A stretch of DNA of 64,000 nt. Origin: an uncultured Thermotogae bacterium. Lineage in GTDB: Bacteria > Bipolaricaulota > Bipolaricaulia > UBA7950 > UBA9294. Shown here in pieces: positions 18,763 to 28,005 of this stretch. Location of the stretch: the NCBI GenBank assembly GCA_964620325.1, contig CAZUIM010000003.1:43319-107318 (forward strand), written 5' to 3'. Each line of letters opens with the position of its first letter. Position 1 is the first letter of the stretch. The notes beneath the pieces are model-generated. The model did no database searches, was not told the DNA's origin, and saw only the letters and a program-made list of their open reading frames with translations. Both the position numbers and the translations under genes were made by a program.

Positions 18763-18792
18763 GATGGGCACAGCTTCTTCGCTGTGCCCATC
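18763..18792 (-). terminator. perfect 12-bp hairpin downstream of the FGGY kinase gene
   Basis: GATGGGCACAGC, loop ttcttc, then GCTGTGCCCATC, 47 nt after the kinase stop. No U-tract follows. Confidence 0.45.
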
Positions 18793-18838
18793 TGCCGCTT
18801 GATGTCTGGCCCAATCCAAGGAAAAGGCTTTCGGATCT

Positions 18839-20380
18839 CTACTCCACGCTCGCCAACCGCGTGCACAGATCGCTGATCGCAGCGACGGCGTCTTTGAAGA
18901 TCGGCAGGAGCTGTTGGTACCGAGCGGACGCCTCGGGCCGCGGTTCGCAATGATGCAGAACCTCCGTGAGATCGTCGACGACGGTGAAGTCCTTCCACAG
19001 ACCGACGCCGACCCCACCGATCATCGCGGCGCCGAGGGCGGCCGCTTCCTGTCCGATGTTGCTGACGCCGATCGGAATTTGGAACACGTCGGCGAGAATC
19101 TGTCGCCAGATCGGGCTCTTCCCTCCACCTCCGACGAGTCGCATTTCGGTCGGCGATACGCCACGCTTGCGGTAATGGTCGAGGATGAGACCGAGGTCGA
19201 GGCTCACCCCTTCCATGGCAGAGCGGATCAGATCCGCTCGTGAGTGGCTGGGGCCGATTCCGAGGTACGCGCCCTTCAGGTCGGGGTTGTCTTCGTGGAT
19301 GTTCCCACCGCCGGCAAAGGTGCTGAGGAACATCAGCTGATTCGATCCTACCGGCGACATCGACGCTTCGACCTCCATCAGCGAGAATGGGTCGATGTCG
19401 ATCTGTTTCGCAGCGGAGACCTCGCTGCGACAAATCGTATCCTGTACCCACTGATAGGTGCTGCCCGCCGAGTAGACGCCCATCTGCGGCGTGTACATCC
19501 CGGGCACCACGTGGCAGAAGTTCGAGATCCTTACCTCGTCGCCCAACACCGGGGTCTCGCTGGCCACGGACATCCACCCTGAGGTGCCGATGTACGAGTA
19601 GATGCGATCTCTCGTGACGACACCGGCCCCGGCCGCGGTGCACGGGACGTCCGCGCCGCCGACGACGACCGGGATTCCCGCAGGAAGTCCCATCTCTTTC
19701 GCCGGCTCGGGAAGCAGCTCCCCCGCGATGTGCGTCGACGGATAGATCTCAGGGAGTTTCTCCGCTGGGAACTCGGCGGCGGCGAGCAGCTCTTCAGAAT
19801 ACGACATCTTGTGGATGTCGAAGAATCCGGACAGCTGCGCATCGGAGTAGTCTGTAAGCTGAACTCCGGTCATTCGAAGTGTGATGTAATCCTTGGTGCC
19901 GAGGAATCGCTTTGTCTTCTTGAAGAGCTCCGGCTCATTGTCTCGGTACCACATGAGCTTGAACCCCGTGAAGAAAGCGGGATCGAACGCGCACCCGGTG
20001 ATCTTGTACCACTGATCCAGGCCGATCTTGTCCAGGACGACCCTCGCCTGCTGCGAGCTTCGAGAATCGAACCAAACCATTGTGGAGTCTCGCAGCAGAT
20101 TCCCCTTGTCGTCGACCGGAACGTTGCCCATTCCGTGGCCATCGAACGAGATGACGGCGATCTCCTTGGCGTTGATGCCAGTCTTCCCGATCACATCCCG
20201 TGTTCCGGCGACGATCGCGTCCCACCAGTCCGTCGGTCGCTGCTCGGCCCAGCGCGGTTGGGGGTACTTCGTTTCGTAGGACTGGAATGACTTTCCAAGC
20301 AACGTTCCGTCTCGGTCGTAGAGAACGACCTTGCTTCCGCCGGTGCCCATATCATGGGCGAGGATGTACCGTTTAGCCAT
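18839..20380 (-). CDS. FGGY-family carbohydrate kinase (xylulokinase/glycerol-kinase-like)
   Basis: MAKRYILAHDMGTGGSKVVLYD, QRPTDWWDA, VVVGGADVPCTAAGAG and RLVGGGGKSPIWRQILADV. ATG at 20380 after GGAGG. Confidence 0.88.
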   Translation of the reverse strand: MAKRYILAHDMGTGGSKVVLYDRDGTLLGKSFQSYETKYPQPRWAEQRPTDWWDAIVAGTRDVIGKTGINAKEIAVISFDGHGMGNVPVDDKGNLLRDSTMVWFDSRSSQQARVVLDKIGLDQWYKITGCAFDPAFFTGFKLMWYRDNEPELFKKTKRFLGTKDYITLRMTGVQLTDYSDAQLSGFFDIHKMSYSEELLAAAEFPAEKLPEIYPSTHIAGELLPEPAKEMGLPAGIPVVVGGADVPCTAAGAGVVTRDRIYSYIGTSGWMSVASETPVLGDEVRISNFCHVVPGMYTPQMGVYSAGSTYQWVQDTICRSEVSAAKQIDIDPFSLMEVEASMSPVGSNQLMFLSTFAGGGNIHEDNPDLKGAYLGIGPSHSRADLIRSAMEGVSLDLGLILDHYRKRGVSPTEMRLVGGGGKSPIWRQILADVFQIPIGVSNIGQEAAALGAAMIGGVGVGLWKDFTVVDDLTEVLHHCEPRPEASARYQQLLPIFKDAVAAISDLCTRLASVE

Positions 20381-21533
20381 GCGAGCCTCCTTCGTGAATG
20401 GTCTTGCTTGATGCGAGGTGGTGGGAATCTCTCGTCTCGAACAATCGCAGATGAGAACGATCGGCAAGAAGATAGGACATTACTTTGTCATCACACCTTT
20501 ACAAGGGCTGCCGGTATTCTAGTCCGGAGATCGGTCGCCGTCAAGGCGATGTCCTGATGATCGAAGAAGAGCCTCGTCGATCACAGCTCGGGCAAGCCTT
20601 TCCCGAGCGTCACCATGAACGAGAGCGCGGAATTCCTCGCGATCCCGGCAAGGATTCCGATCGAGGCGCGGCGCACTTCGCGGCTTCGCGGGACCGTGTC
20701 GAGGGCTTCAGGAGCTTCGAGCACGGGGACGGCCGCTTGGGGCCCCGCCCACTCGATGCCGAGGAATGCGTGAGCCGGCCGAATGAGGTTGCCGGTCGGA
20801 AGAGCTTTGGCGTCGTGGCCCTACGCAACACGAATCATTCGATGCGGGCCGGAACGGACGCGTGGCAGGCGGCCAACGCGGGCACGTGGAGATCTGCTTT
20901 GCCGACACCGAGCCGAATGTTCCTCCGCCGGGTGGCTCCGAGGCAATGCTGGGCAGCGGTCCGCTGGCCGTCGGGGTACCGGGAGCGAACGATCGGTACG
21001 TGTTGTCCGATGGTCCAATGTCGCAGTTCTCCTACGTAGCACTGGAGACGGCCGTCGGACGGAGCGGGGCGCTTCCGTTCTTGGGTGGGTTCTTGCGGAC
21101 CAGCGAGATCACTGACGATCCGGCGAAGATCCTGAAGTCGAAACGCCGTTGCCCATCGGATACTGGAAAGGCGCGGGCTGGCGCTGGTCGCCGATCGGTT
21201 CGCCACGATTCTGGGCAATGGTCGTGCCACCTGTGATCCGGGAGAACAGGCGGCCGCATCGCGGTATCACAGGTTTCCATCGCCTTCGGGGAAGGAGCGA
21301 TCGTTGCTCGAACTTCGGGGAAGATCGACCGGACGCTCGCCGATCTCCATCCGGCTCGGACCGAAGAGGCTTCTTCTGTTCGATGCTTTGGGGAGCGTCT
21401 TTACGCGGTTCGAGTCGAGAACCTACGAAGCGGGTGGGTCGACGAAGCCGTGTGGGGCGAAGCAAGACTCTCGGGAGCGGATCAATGTCGTAGCGACCAT
21501 CGATAGCGCGAGCCGCCTGAGGAGGCGGCTCGG

Positions 21534-22022
21534 CTACGCGGACTCGTCCCAGTCAAGCAGTCGACGCTCTCCTTCGAGCTTTGTGATCTCCGTTACGTCT
21601 TGACTGACCTCGACACATCCGAGGTAGAGCCCATCGCGATCACGGACGGCGAAGTATCGGATCAGAACGATCCTCTCGTTGAGCTCGATCCAGAACGTCG
21701 CTTCATCTTGAGAACCCTCCCTGAACGCATGAAGGATTCGGACCACCTTGTCTACGCTCTTCGGCGGATGACAATCCGTGACCTTGCGTCCGATGACCGC
21801 CGGCGTACGTGGGAAGATCCGATCGGGAGTCTCCGAGTAGTACTGCACGCGGTCGTTCGCATCGACGAAACTGATGTCGATCGGAAGCGTGGTGAGCAGT
21901 CCGTTCAACTGCCCGACCTGAAGCCGACCGGTGGAGAGAGGGATCCAGTCCCGCTCGACCTCGTCGGCTTCCCCAGACGGGTCGCCGAATGCGCTGTCTG
22001 TGTTCATCTCGTCGTAGTGCAT
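21534..22022 (-). CDS. DUF438/PAS-domain protein
   Basis: LPIDISFVDANDRVQYYSE, FPRTPAVIGRKVTDCHPPKSVDKV, FWIELNERIVLIRYFAVRD and VSQDVTEITKLEGERRLLDW. Only the last 163 codons of the 370-aa track ORF look coding. Confidence 0.62.
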   Translation of the reverse strand: MHYDEMNTDSAFGDPSGEADEVERDWIPLSTGRLQVGQLNGLLTTLPIDISFVDANDRVQYYSETPDRIFPRTPAVIGRKVTDCHPPKSVDKVVRILHAFREGSQDEATFWIELNERIVLIRYFAVRDRDGLYLGCVEVSQDVTEITKLEGERRLLDWDESA

Positions 22023-22159
22023 CTCGATCGCTCTCCCCCCTGGGCTCGCTGGGCACCGTCGACAGGAGCCATTCCTGCATGAGCTCAAACGGTACTGCAA
22101 ATCCACGGCGGAGCCAACCCGCGGGGCATGGTGGATCGCCGCGAGCTTGCGAGGGGACG

Positions 22160-23173
22160 TCAGGGGAGTCTTGCGACGAACAGAAGAACGATCAGGACCG
22201 CAAGGAGCGCGCTCCACGCGGAGACTGCAATCAGCGACATCCTTCGCGCCTTCTGCGCCTCCCACCAGGAGGCCGGGCTGACCCCTTGGAGGATGAACGT
22301 CAAGACACCGGTCAGATTGAGACAGATGAGGTTCAGCGCGACCAGGAGAAGAGCTCCGATGGCGGGACCCCATTGGGCTGCGCCGAGCAGCATTCCGAAC
22401 ACGACCCACGGCGGGAGGAGTGCGACGGCCACCATCACGCCGACGAGCGCGGTCGGCGCGCCGGTCGCGTAGGTCAGGCCGCCGGCCGCTCCGGACGCGA
22501 TCGCCAGAATGATGTCGCCCCATCCGGCCGACGTCCTGGAGGCGATCTCGGGAATGTCGGCGGAAGGCTGCAGGATCAGACCGGCGAGCGCGGCGATCGC
22601 CAGCGCCAAGCCGAGCCCGGCGAGGAGGGAACGCAGGGACTTCCACGCCAGGGTCGCATCGGCGAGCGCCGTTGCCAGCGCCAGCGCGACGTTCGGGCCG
22701 AGTAGCGGGGCGATGACCATGGCGCCGATGACGATCACGACACTGCTCCGAGTCAGTCCGATGACGGCGACCAACGAGGAGAGCGCCGCCATGACGAGGA
22801 ACGTGCGCGTGAGCTGAGCGGAGTCCGAAACGTCCGCATAGAGCTCCTCCCGGCTGATGCGACCGGTCTTCTGAGACGCTTCGGCTCCGTTCGTGGTGGA
22901 GTCGGGCTCAGGTTCTTCGGGCTTCGGCAACGTCGCTTCGACCGGAAGGAGAGCGATCCGGAAGCCTGCTTGTTCGCCGCAGTCACGGGCGATGGCGTCG
23001 GTCAGGGCCTCCGTATTCTCGGCGTCGACGAGCACACGCACGCAGCTGCGATCATCCGAAGTCATTACGGTCCACTTGTCGAGAACCTGGGGGAGTCCCT
23101 CACCGTCCAGGCTCGCCAGGACCTGTTCGCTGTACGACGCCGGGACGATGATCTCCAGAATGCGAAGCGCCAT
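22160..23173 (-). CDS. DUF389 (TIGR00341-type) membrane protein
   Basis: A soluble N-terminal domain (MALRILEIIVP...VRVLVDAENTEALTDAI) is followed by a multi-TM half with IGAMVIAPLLGPNVA and AIASGAAGGLTYATG. Confidence 0.8.
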   Translation of the reverse strand: MALRILEIIVPASYSEQVLASLDGEGLPQVLDKWTVMTSDDRSCVRVLVDAENTEALTDAIARDCGEQAGFRIALLPVEATLPKPEEPEPDSTTNGAEASQKTGRISREELYADVSDSAQLTRTFLVMAALSSLVAVIGLTRSSVVIVIGAMVIAPLLGPNVALALATALADATLAWKSLRSLLAGLGLALAIAALAGLILQPSADIPEIASRTSAGWGDIILAIASGAAGGLTYATGAPTALVGVMVAVALLPPWVVFGMLLGAAQWGPAIGALLLVALNLICLNLTGVLTFILQGVSPASWWEAQKARRMSLIAVSAWSALLAVLIVLLFVARLP

Positions 23174-23589
23174 GATCCCTCCTGGAACAACAGAGTAGCA
23201 CCAGTCGGTCGGCGGTGCGAGAGTATTCCGCGTTGCATTTGACAGTTCTTATCCCGTCCGAGACGATGGTCGGGTTCGAGGGTTCCGGAGCGTCGAGCGT
23301 GAGAGTGGACGGCCGCACACCTCCTCGGTAAGCGGCCAATCCAAGGAGGGGAATGCATGAGAGAAGGTGACGGCAACGCTGTCGAGAGGGGCGCTCGTCT
23401 ACACGGACGGTGAGATCGCAAGAGAGCCCGGCCGCGGTCGGTTCGTGCGGTCCCGTCGGCCGAAGAAGTGACCGTCGCAGCGACGGCCGCTAGGTCTTGG
23501 CATGGCGGCGGTTCGTCGCGGCGCATCGAGGGGTTCAGCTCCTGTTCGGAAGCGATCGTTTCCGCTATGCTGGCGCAGGGAGGTGTCTC

Positions 23590-24231
23590 ATGAGAAGGGC
23601 ACTTGGCTCTTTCGTCTTGCTCGTCGCCGTCGTCGCGTTGTCCGCCGGCTGCGGATTCTTCCAATCGGAAAGCGAGCTCCTGTATCGGGAGACATTCACC
23701 GATACCGCGGACAACGACTGGCCGCTTCAGGAGACCGATACGGTTCGGAAGTGGTTCGGCCAAGGGAAGTATCAATTCGAGGTCCAGGAGAACTCTCACT
23801 CTGCGTCGAAGTGCAGCGCCGCTGGGGAGTTCGACGACTTCCAATTGGACGTGGATGCGCAACACATCTCCGGGACGGCGAACAAGTCGGTCACGGGCGT
23901 AGTCTTCCGATTCGTCGATTGGGACAACTACTACGAGTTCCTCGTCAGCCCGGCCGGCACGTTCAAGCTGCGGAAACAAGTCGGCGGCGTCTGGGAGGAC
24001 ATTGTCGGTTGGACGGGCCACGATGCGGTCAACACGGGAGAAGGGACGAATCACCTGACCGTGATCGCTACGGGCAACAACCTCGTCTGTCTGGTGAACG
24101 AGACGGAGGTTCGCGACGTGATCGATTCCTCGTTCGCCTCAGGCCAAATCGGCGTCGTCGCATTGTCGTACTCCGGGAACACGGTCATGCGGGTCGCGTT
24201 CGACAACATCGAGGTGCACGCCGTCGAGTAG
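23590..24231 (+). CDS. lipoprotein with concanavalin-A-like/DUF1080-like domain
   Basis: Lipobox LLVAVVALSAGC. Also GVVFRFVDWDNYYEF, NHLTVIATGNNLVCLVNE and SGQIGVVALSYSGNTVMRVAFDNIEV. Confidence 0.55.
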   Translation: MRRALGSFVLLVAVVALSAGCGFFQSESELLYRETFTDTADNDWPLQETDTVRKWFGQGKYQFEVQENSHSASKCSAAGEFDDFQLDVDAQHISGTANKSVTGVVFRFVDWDNYYEFLVSPAGTFKLRKQVGGVWEDIVGWTGHDAVNTGEGTNHLTVIATGNNLVCLVNETEVRDVIDSSFASGQIGVVALSYSGNTVMRVAFDNIEVHAVE

Positions 24232-24292
24232 CCCTGTTTCGTTCGAGCTGCGTCTTGCGAGGATGTGGGCCGCTGATGCAGCAGCGCCGCGG

Positions 24293-25471
24293 TCAATAGC
24301 GGAAGATCGCCGCGGGGAGCGTTTCGAGGTCCGTCTCGGCCGGGCGCTCGACGTACACCTTCCCGCCATTTCGCAGGGTCCAGACCGCCGCGGCGTCGAG
24401 CAGGTCGACGTCCCCGGGCTGCCACAACGCGTGCTCGCGGACTTCGCGGCGGTCCGGATCGAACCTACCCCATCGCTGGATCCCGACGGGAACGAACAGT
24501 GTATCGACACGGCCGTCCCTCGCCGCCGGAACGATCGTCCGAGTCTCCTCGGAGACACGCTCCGTCTTGCTCAGGGTTCGCAACCGCTCGATACGCTCTC
24601 TTCGTTCACGGTCGAAGATCGGTTGAAGATGACGCCAAGCGCGTTCGTGCAATTCGACGCTGTCGAGATTCGTCACGTCGCCGGCGACGGTCTCCGAGAG
24701 GAGGTGCGGATAGGTGTTCGCTTCGCGATAGATCGCCAATTCGTGATGGACGCCCGCGAGAATCAACGGGGCTTCCTGATCGTCGATCGCTGCGGCGACG
24801 CCGCGATCGACCTCACGGAAGAAACGGAGGATGTGCTTCTTGTGTTCAGCATCGTCGGCGCCGCCACCGTGGCCGTGGAAGATGGCCGGACGTTGCCCTG
24901 TCGGTTGCGGCTGCCGTTCGGTGGGAGGCGTCTTGGAGTGATACTGAAGGCTCTTCTCAGGAACGTCGTACCGGAGCGCGTCTTCGATCGTCTTCGGCGT
25001 GTCGGCCAGGTCGATCTCGTGGAGGTCGCCTCGCGTTCCTTCGTAGAGCGCAACCTCGTGCAAGCTGAGCGTGAGCACGTAGAATCGCACGTCGGCACTG
25101 AACAGGTCGAGCAGCGGCTTGAGATGGAAGCGGTCCGAGACGACGGTGAGCTCCGGGAACGTGAGATTCTTCCGATACGTCTGCGTGGTGTCGAGTGTTC
25201 TGAACGCGGCCAGTCCGAGGGACTGGTGCTCCCAGAACGGGCGATCGTGCAGAAGATCGCGCATCGGGCCGAGAAGCGCGTCTCGGTCGCGTTGGCGAAT
25301 GTCCTGGGCTCCGAGTTGCTCCTCAGCCTTTGCGAGAGCGTTCTTGAAGCGGATTGGGTTCTTGCGTGTCTCTGCGCCGTGAGTCTCCATCGGCACGTAG
25401 ATTGACAGACAGGGCCCGTTCGTTCGTTCCCACAGCCAGACCAGGTCTTTCAGCGGCAGTGGGTCGATCAT
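24293..25471 (-). CDS. baeRF3-like (bacterial archaeo-eukaryotic release-factor-like) protein
   Basis: ATG at 25471 after GGAGG. CLSIYVPMETHG, DRFHLKPLLDL, RFYVLTLSLHEVALYEG, AIFHGHGGGADD, the ending ..LPAAIFRY and the roughly 390-aa length match my recollection of baeRF3-domain proteins. Confidence 0.55.
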   Translation of the reverse strand: MIDPLPLKDLVWLWERTNGPCLSIYVPMETHGAETRKNPIRFKNALAKAEEQLGAQDIRQRDRDALLGPMRDLLHDRPFWEHQSLGLAAFRTLDTTQTYRKNLTFPELTVVSDRFHLKPLLDLFSADVRFYVLTLSLHEVALYEGTRGDLHEIDLADTPKTIEDALRYDVPEKSLQYHSKTPPTERQPQPTGQRPAIFHGHGGGADDAEHKKHILRFFREVDRGVAAAIDDQEAPLILAGVHHELAIYREANTYPHLLSETVAGDVTNLDSVELHERAWRHLQPIFDRERRERIERLRTLSKTERVSEETRTIVPAARDGRVDTLFVPVGIQRWGRFDPDRREVREHALWQPGDVDLLDAAAVWTLRNGGKVYVERPAETDLETLPAAIFRY

Positions 25472-26052
25472 CAAACCACCTCCAGCAAGTTGATCGGTAC
25501 GAGCAGGTGCGGCCCGCGGTCGGATCGAGCACGAGAACTCCGAGAACTCACCGCCATCCTGAGAAGCTTCCCTCCATCCTAAGGGACCTTCGGGCGCGAG
25601 CGCAAACGGGTCGTCGTCGGTTCCCAGAATCGAGCGGAGAGTGCTGCGTGCGACACGAGTCTCCCTGCAAGAACAGGTCGCCGACGGCACCGCAGAGCGC
25701 AGGCGCGATGTGCGTCAGCGGGTGTTCGCCCCCGTAGGGACGATGAGGCGCGCGGCCAGGTGGACGGTTCAACGCTCTGTCGTGAAGAGGTTTAGGCCGG
25801 CGGGGCCCGAGTCCTACGATGGAGAGCGGCAAGAGCCGTAATCGCGGCTCCGATGCACGGCGTAGGATCGCGATCTTGGCGGGCCGACGGCGCGGAGCGC
25901 AAGGCCGGAGATCGTGAAGAATCGCGATCGACATGCGACACGCTCAAACGACCGGCCTCAGAGTGGCAACGACGGCCGGGCGACGATCTCACCCAGGTCA
26001 TACCACGTGTAGCGCCGGTTTCGGTTCGAGACGTGCGACAGATGGGAGGTCG

Positions 26053-27436
26053 ATGATGAAGGTTAGGTGGGTTCTGGCAGGAGGAGCGCTCGTTGCGGCG
26101 GTCGCCCTCGGTCTGACGGGATGCGAGTGGCTGTTCGGGCCGAGCATCCCCGGTGGGTCCACTCTCGGGGTCGTCCCGCAAGCCGGGGCGGTCCACACGG
26201 AGGTGACCCTGGTCGGGGCGGGGTTCGGTCCATCGGGCGGCGGCGGGACGGTCACGTTCGATGGAGTCGAGGCGACGATCGTGACGTGGACCGACACAAA
26301 CATCGTCGTCCGCGTGCCGGTCCTGGCGACGCCTGCAGGTCGGCGAGGCGCGACCATCGAGGTCCGGGGTCTTGCTGGGCAGCGGCACGTTCACCGTCGT
26401 TCGCGGTGTCCTGTTCGAAACGGGACGAGACGGCAACTCGGAGATCTACGTGATGAATCCGGACGGAACACAGCAGGTCAATCTGACGAATGACTCCGGT
26501 GCGGACAGATCCGCAGCGTGGTCTCCGGATGGCACGAAGATCGCGTTCGTGACGACACGCGGCGGGGATTCGGAGATCTACGTGATGAACGCGGACGGCA
26601 CGGATCCGAAGAATCTGACGAACCACCCGGACTCGGACTATTTTCCGGCATGGTCCCCCGACGGGGCGAAGATCGCGTTCATGACCGACAGGGAAGAGAG
26701 CGGTACGGCGCGTCTCGACGTGACGCCGCAGCCCGCGATCTCGATCTCTTTCAACGTGGAGATCTTCGTGATGAATGCCGATGGGACCGGCCAAACGAAT
26801 CTGACCGACCACGAGGCATGGGACGGGTACCCGTCCTGGTCACCCGATGGGGCGAGAATCGTCTTCGAGACCGATCGCGACAGAACCGACATGATGATCA
26901 TGGGGATCCTCATCGAGGATCTGGGGCGGGAGATCTACGCGATGGATGCAGATGGGGCCGACCCGAACCGCCTGTCGAGCAACCCGGCCGACGATCAGTA
27001 CCCCTCCTGGTCGCCGGACGGCTCCAAGATCGTCTTCCAGGCCTACCGGGATGGAAACGCGGAGATCTACGTCATGAACACTGACGGAACGGGCCAGGCG
27101 CGCCTCACCAACCACATTGCGACGGACTCGATGCCGACATGGTCGCCAGAGGGCGACTGGATCGCGTTTCACAGTCGGCGAGATGGGAACTACGAGATCT
27201 CCAAGATGACGGACACGGGCGGAGCGGTGACCCGGCTGACGACCTCGTCCGAGTTCGATTGGGGGGCGAGTTGGTCGCTCGACGGATCACGAATCGTCTT
27301 TTAGAGCTTCCGCGACGGGAACTCAGAGATCTACCGGATGGATGCGGACGGATCGCATCAGGGGCGGTTGACCCACCACACCGATTGGGACTGGCGCCCG
27401 TTCTGGGGCACGTTCGGGTGGTTCCCCCCGGTGTAG
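26053..27436 (+). pseudogene. lipoprotein with IPT/TIG domain and TolB-like PD40 beta-propeller repeats, disrupted
   Basis: GGGAGG-ATGATG start, then lipobox LGLTGC. The IPT-like segment (VTLVGAGFG..VTFDG..ATIVTWTD) is in frame 1. PD40 repeats (SPDG.KI.F...RDGN.EIYVMN.DG) are in frame 2 from about 26372. An in-frame TAG at 27302-27304 is followed by 43 more repeat codons up to the TAG at 27434. Confidence 0.7.
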
Positions 27437-27658
27437 CAAGCGGCCGTCCCGAGAGAGCTGACGGAGAGGCCGATCAGCGTAGAGCCTGTACGCCGATCGG
27501 GTTGGTGTGCAGATGATCGAAACGCGTTCGCCGGGGGATTCGCCGGCGTCCCCCGGCTGAGGAAACCGGTCACCGCAAACGCAGCGTCGCCGACCCGGAT
27601 TGTCGGGACCCGGCGCATCTGACGGTGAGACTGCACGATCGATACCTTCAGCCGAGGC

Positions 27659-27686
27659 TTGACAGTGGGGCGGGTTTCCGTATGAT
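27659..27686 (+). promoter_or_regulatory. near-consensus sigma70-type promoter upstream of arsR-like gene
   Basis: TTGACA (27659-27664), a 16-nt spacer, then TATGAT (27681-27686), 34 nt before the ATG at 27720. GAGG lies 6 nt before the start. Confidence 0.45.
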
Positions 27687-27719
27687 TGCCATAATGCACA
27701 ATATACCAATGAGGTCACG

Positions 27720-28004
27720 ATGAGAACATCAACGCCGCTGACGCGGATCGGCAAGGCGCTGTCGCATCCGCTTCGAGAGCGGATGCTCTGGCTGCTGGCG
27801 GACGGGGAGCGATGCGGGTGCGAGTTCGCTCCGGAGCTCGGCGTGGATCCTTCGATCGTCTCCCGGTATCTCGCCGTGCTCGAGCGGGCCGGTCTCGTGA
27901 CGTCACGGCGCGACGGCGTTCGCGTGATGTGGTCGGTGGCCGATCCGGAGATCCTCGACATCTTGGATCGCCTTGCCGAGATGACCGGGGAAACGGTGGC
28001 CTGA
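27720..28004 (+). CDS. ArsR/SmtB-family metalloregulator
   Basis: LSHPLRERMLWLLADGERCGCEFAPELGVDPSIVSRYLAVLERAGLV. This is the ArsR wHTH with a CxC in helix 3. Confidence 0.88.
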   Translation: MRTSTPLTRIGKALSHPLRERMLWLLADGERCGCEFAPELGVDPSIVSRYLAVLERAGLVTSRRDGVRVMWSVADPEILDILDRLAEMTGETVA

Positions 28005-28005
28005 C

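Noticed and set aside
21534-22646. The 370-aa ORF treated as one gene.
   Set aside because: Only the last 163 codons (from the ATG at 22022) carry the DUF438/PAS pattern. The upstream part is Arg-rich and overlaps the DUF389 gene in another frame.
25521-25538. A tandem 9-mer, CGAGAACTC x2, and other short direct repeats examined as possible CRISPR or tandem-repeat loci.
   Set aside because: There are only two copies and no spacer-repeat periodicity. No CRISPR-like array occurs anywhere in the window.
27302-27304. Genetic-code reassignment of TAG (in-frame TAGs at 27302 and 46990).
   Set aside because: TAG is used as a normal terminator by several clearly complete genes, such as the helicase at 3008-3010 and the ZnuA-like gene at 7207-7209. 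The two in-frame TAGs also align with different residues (Gln-like and Tyr). Nonsense mutations are the simpler reading.
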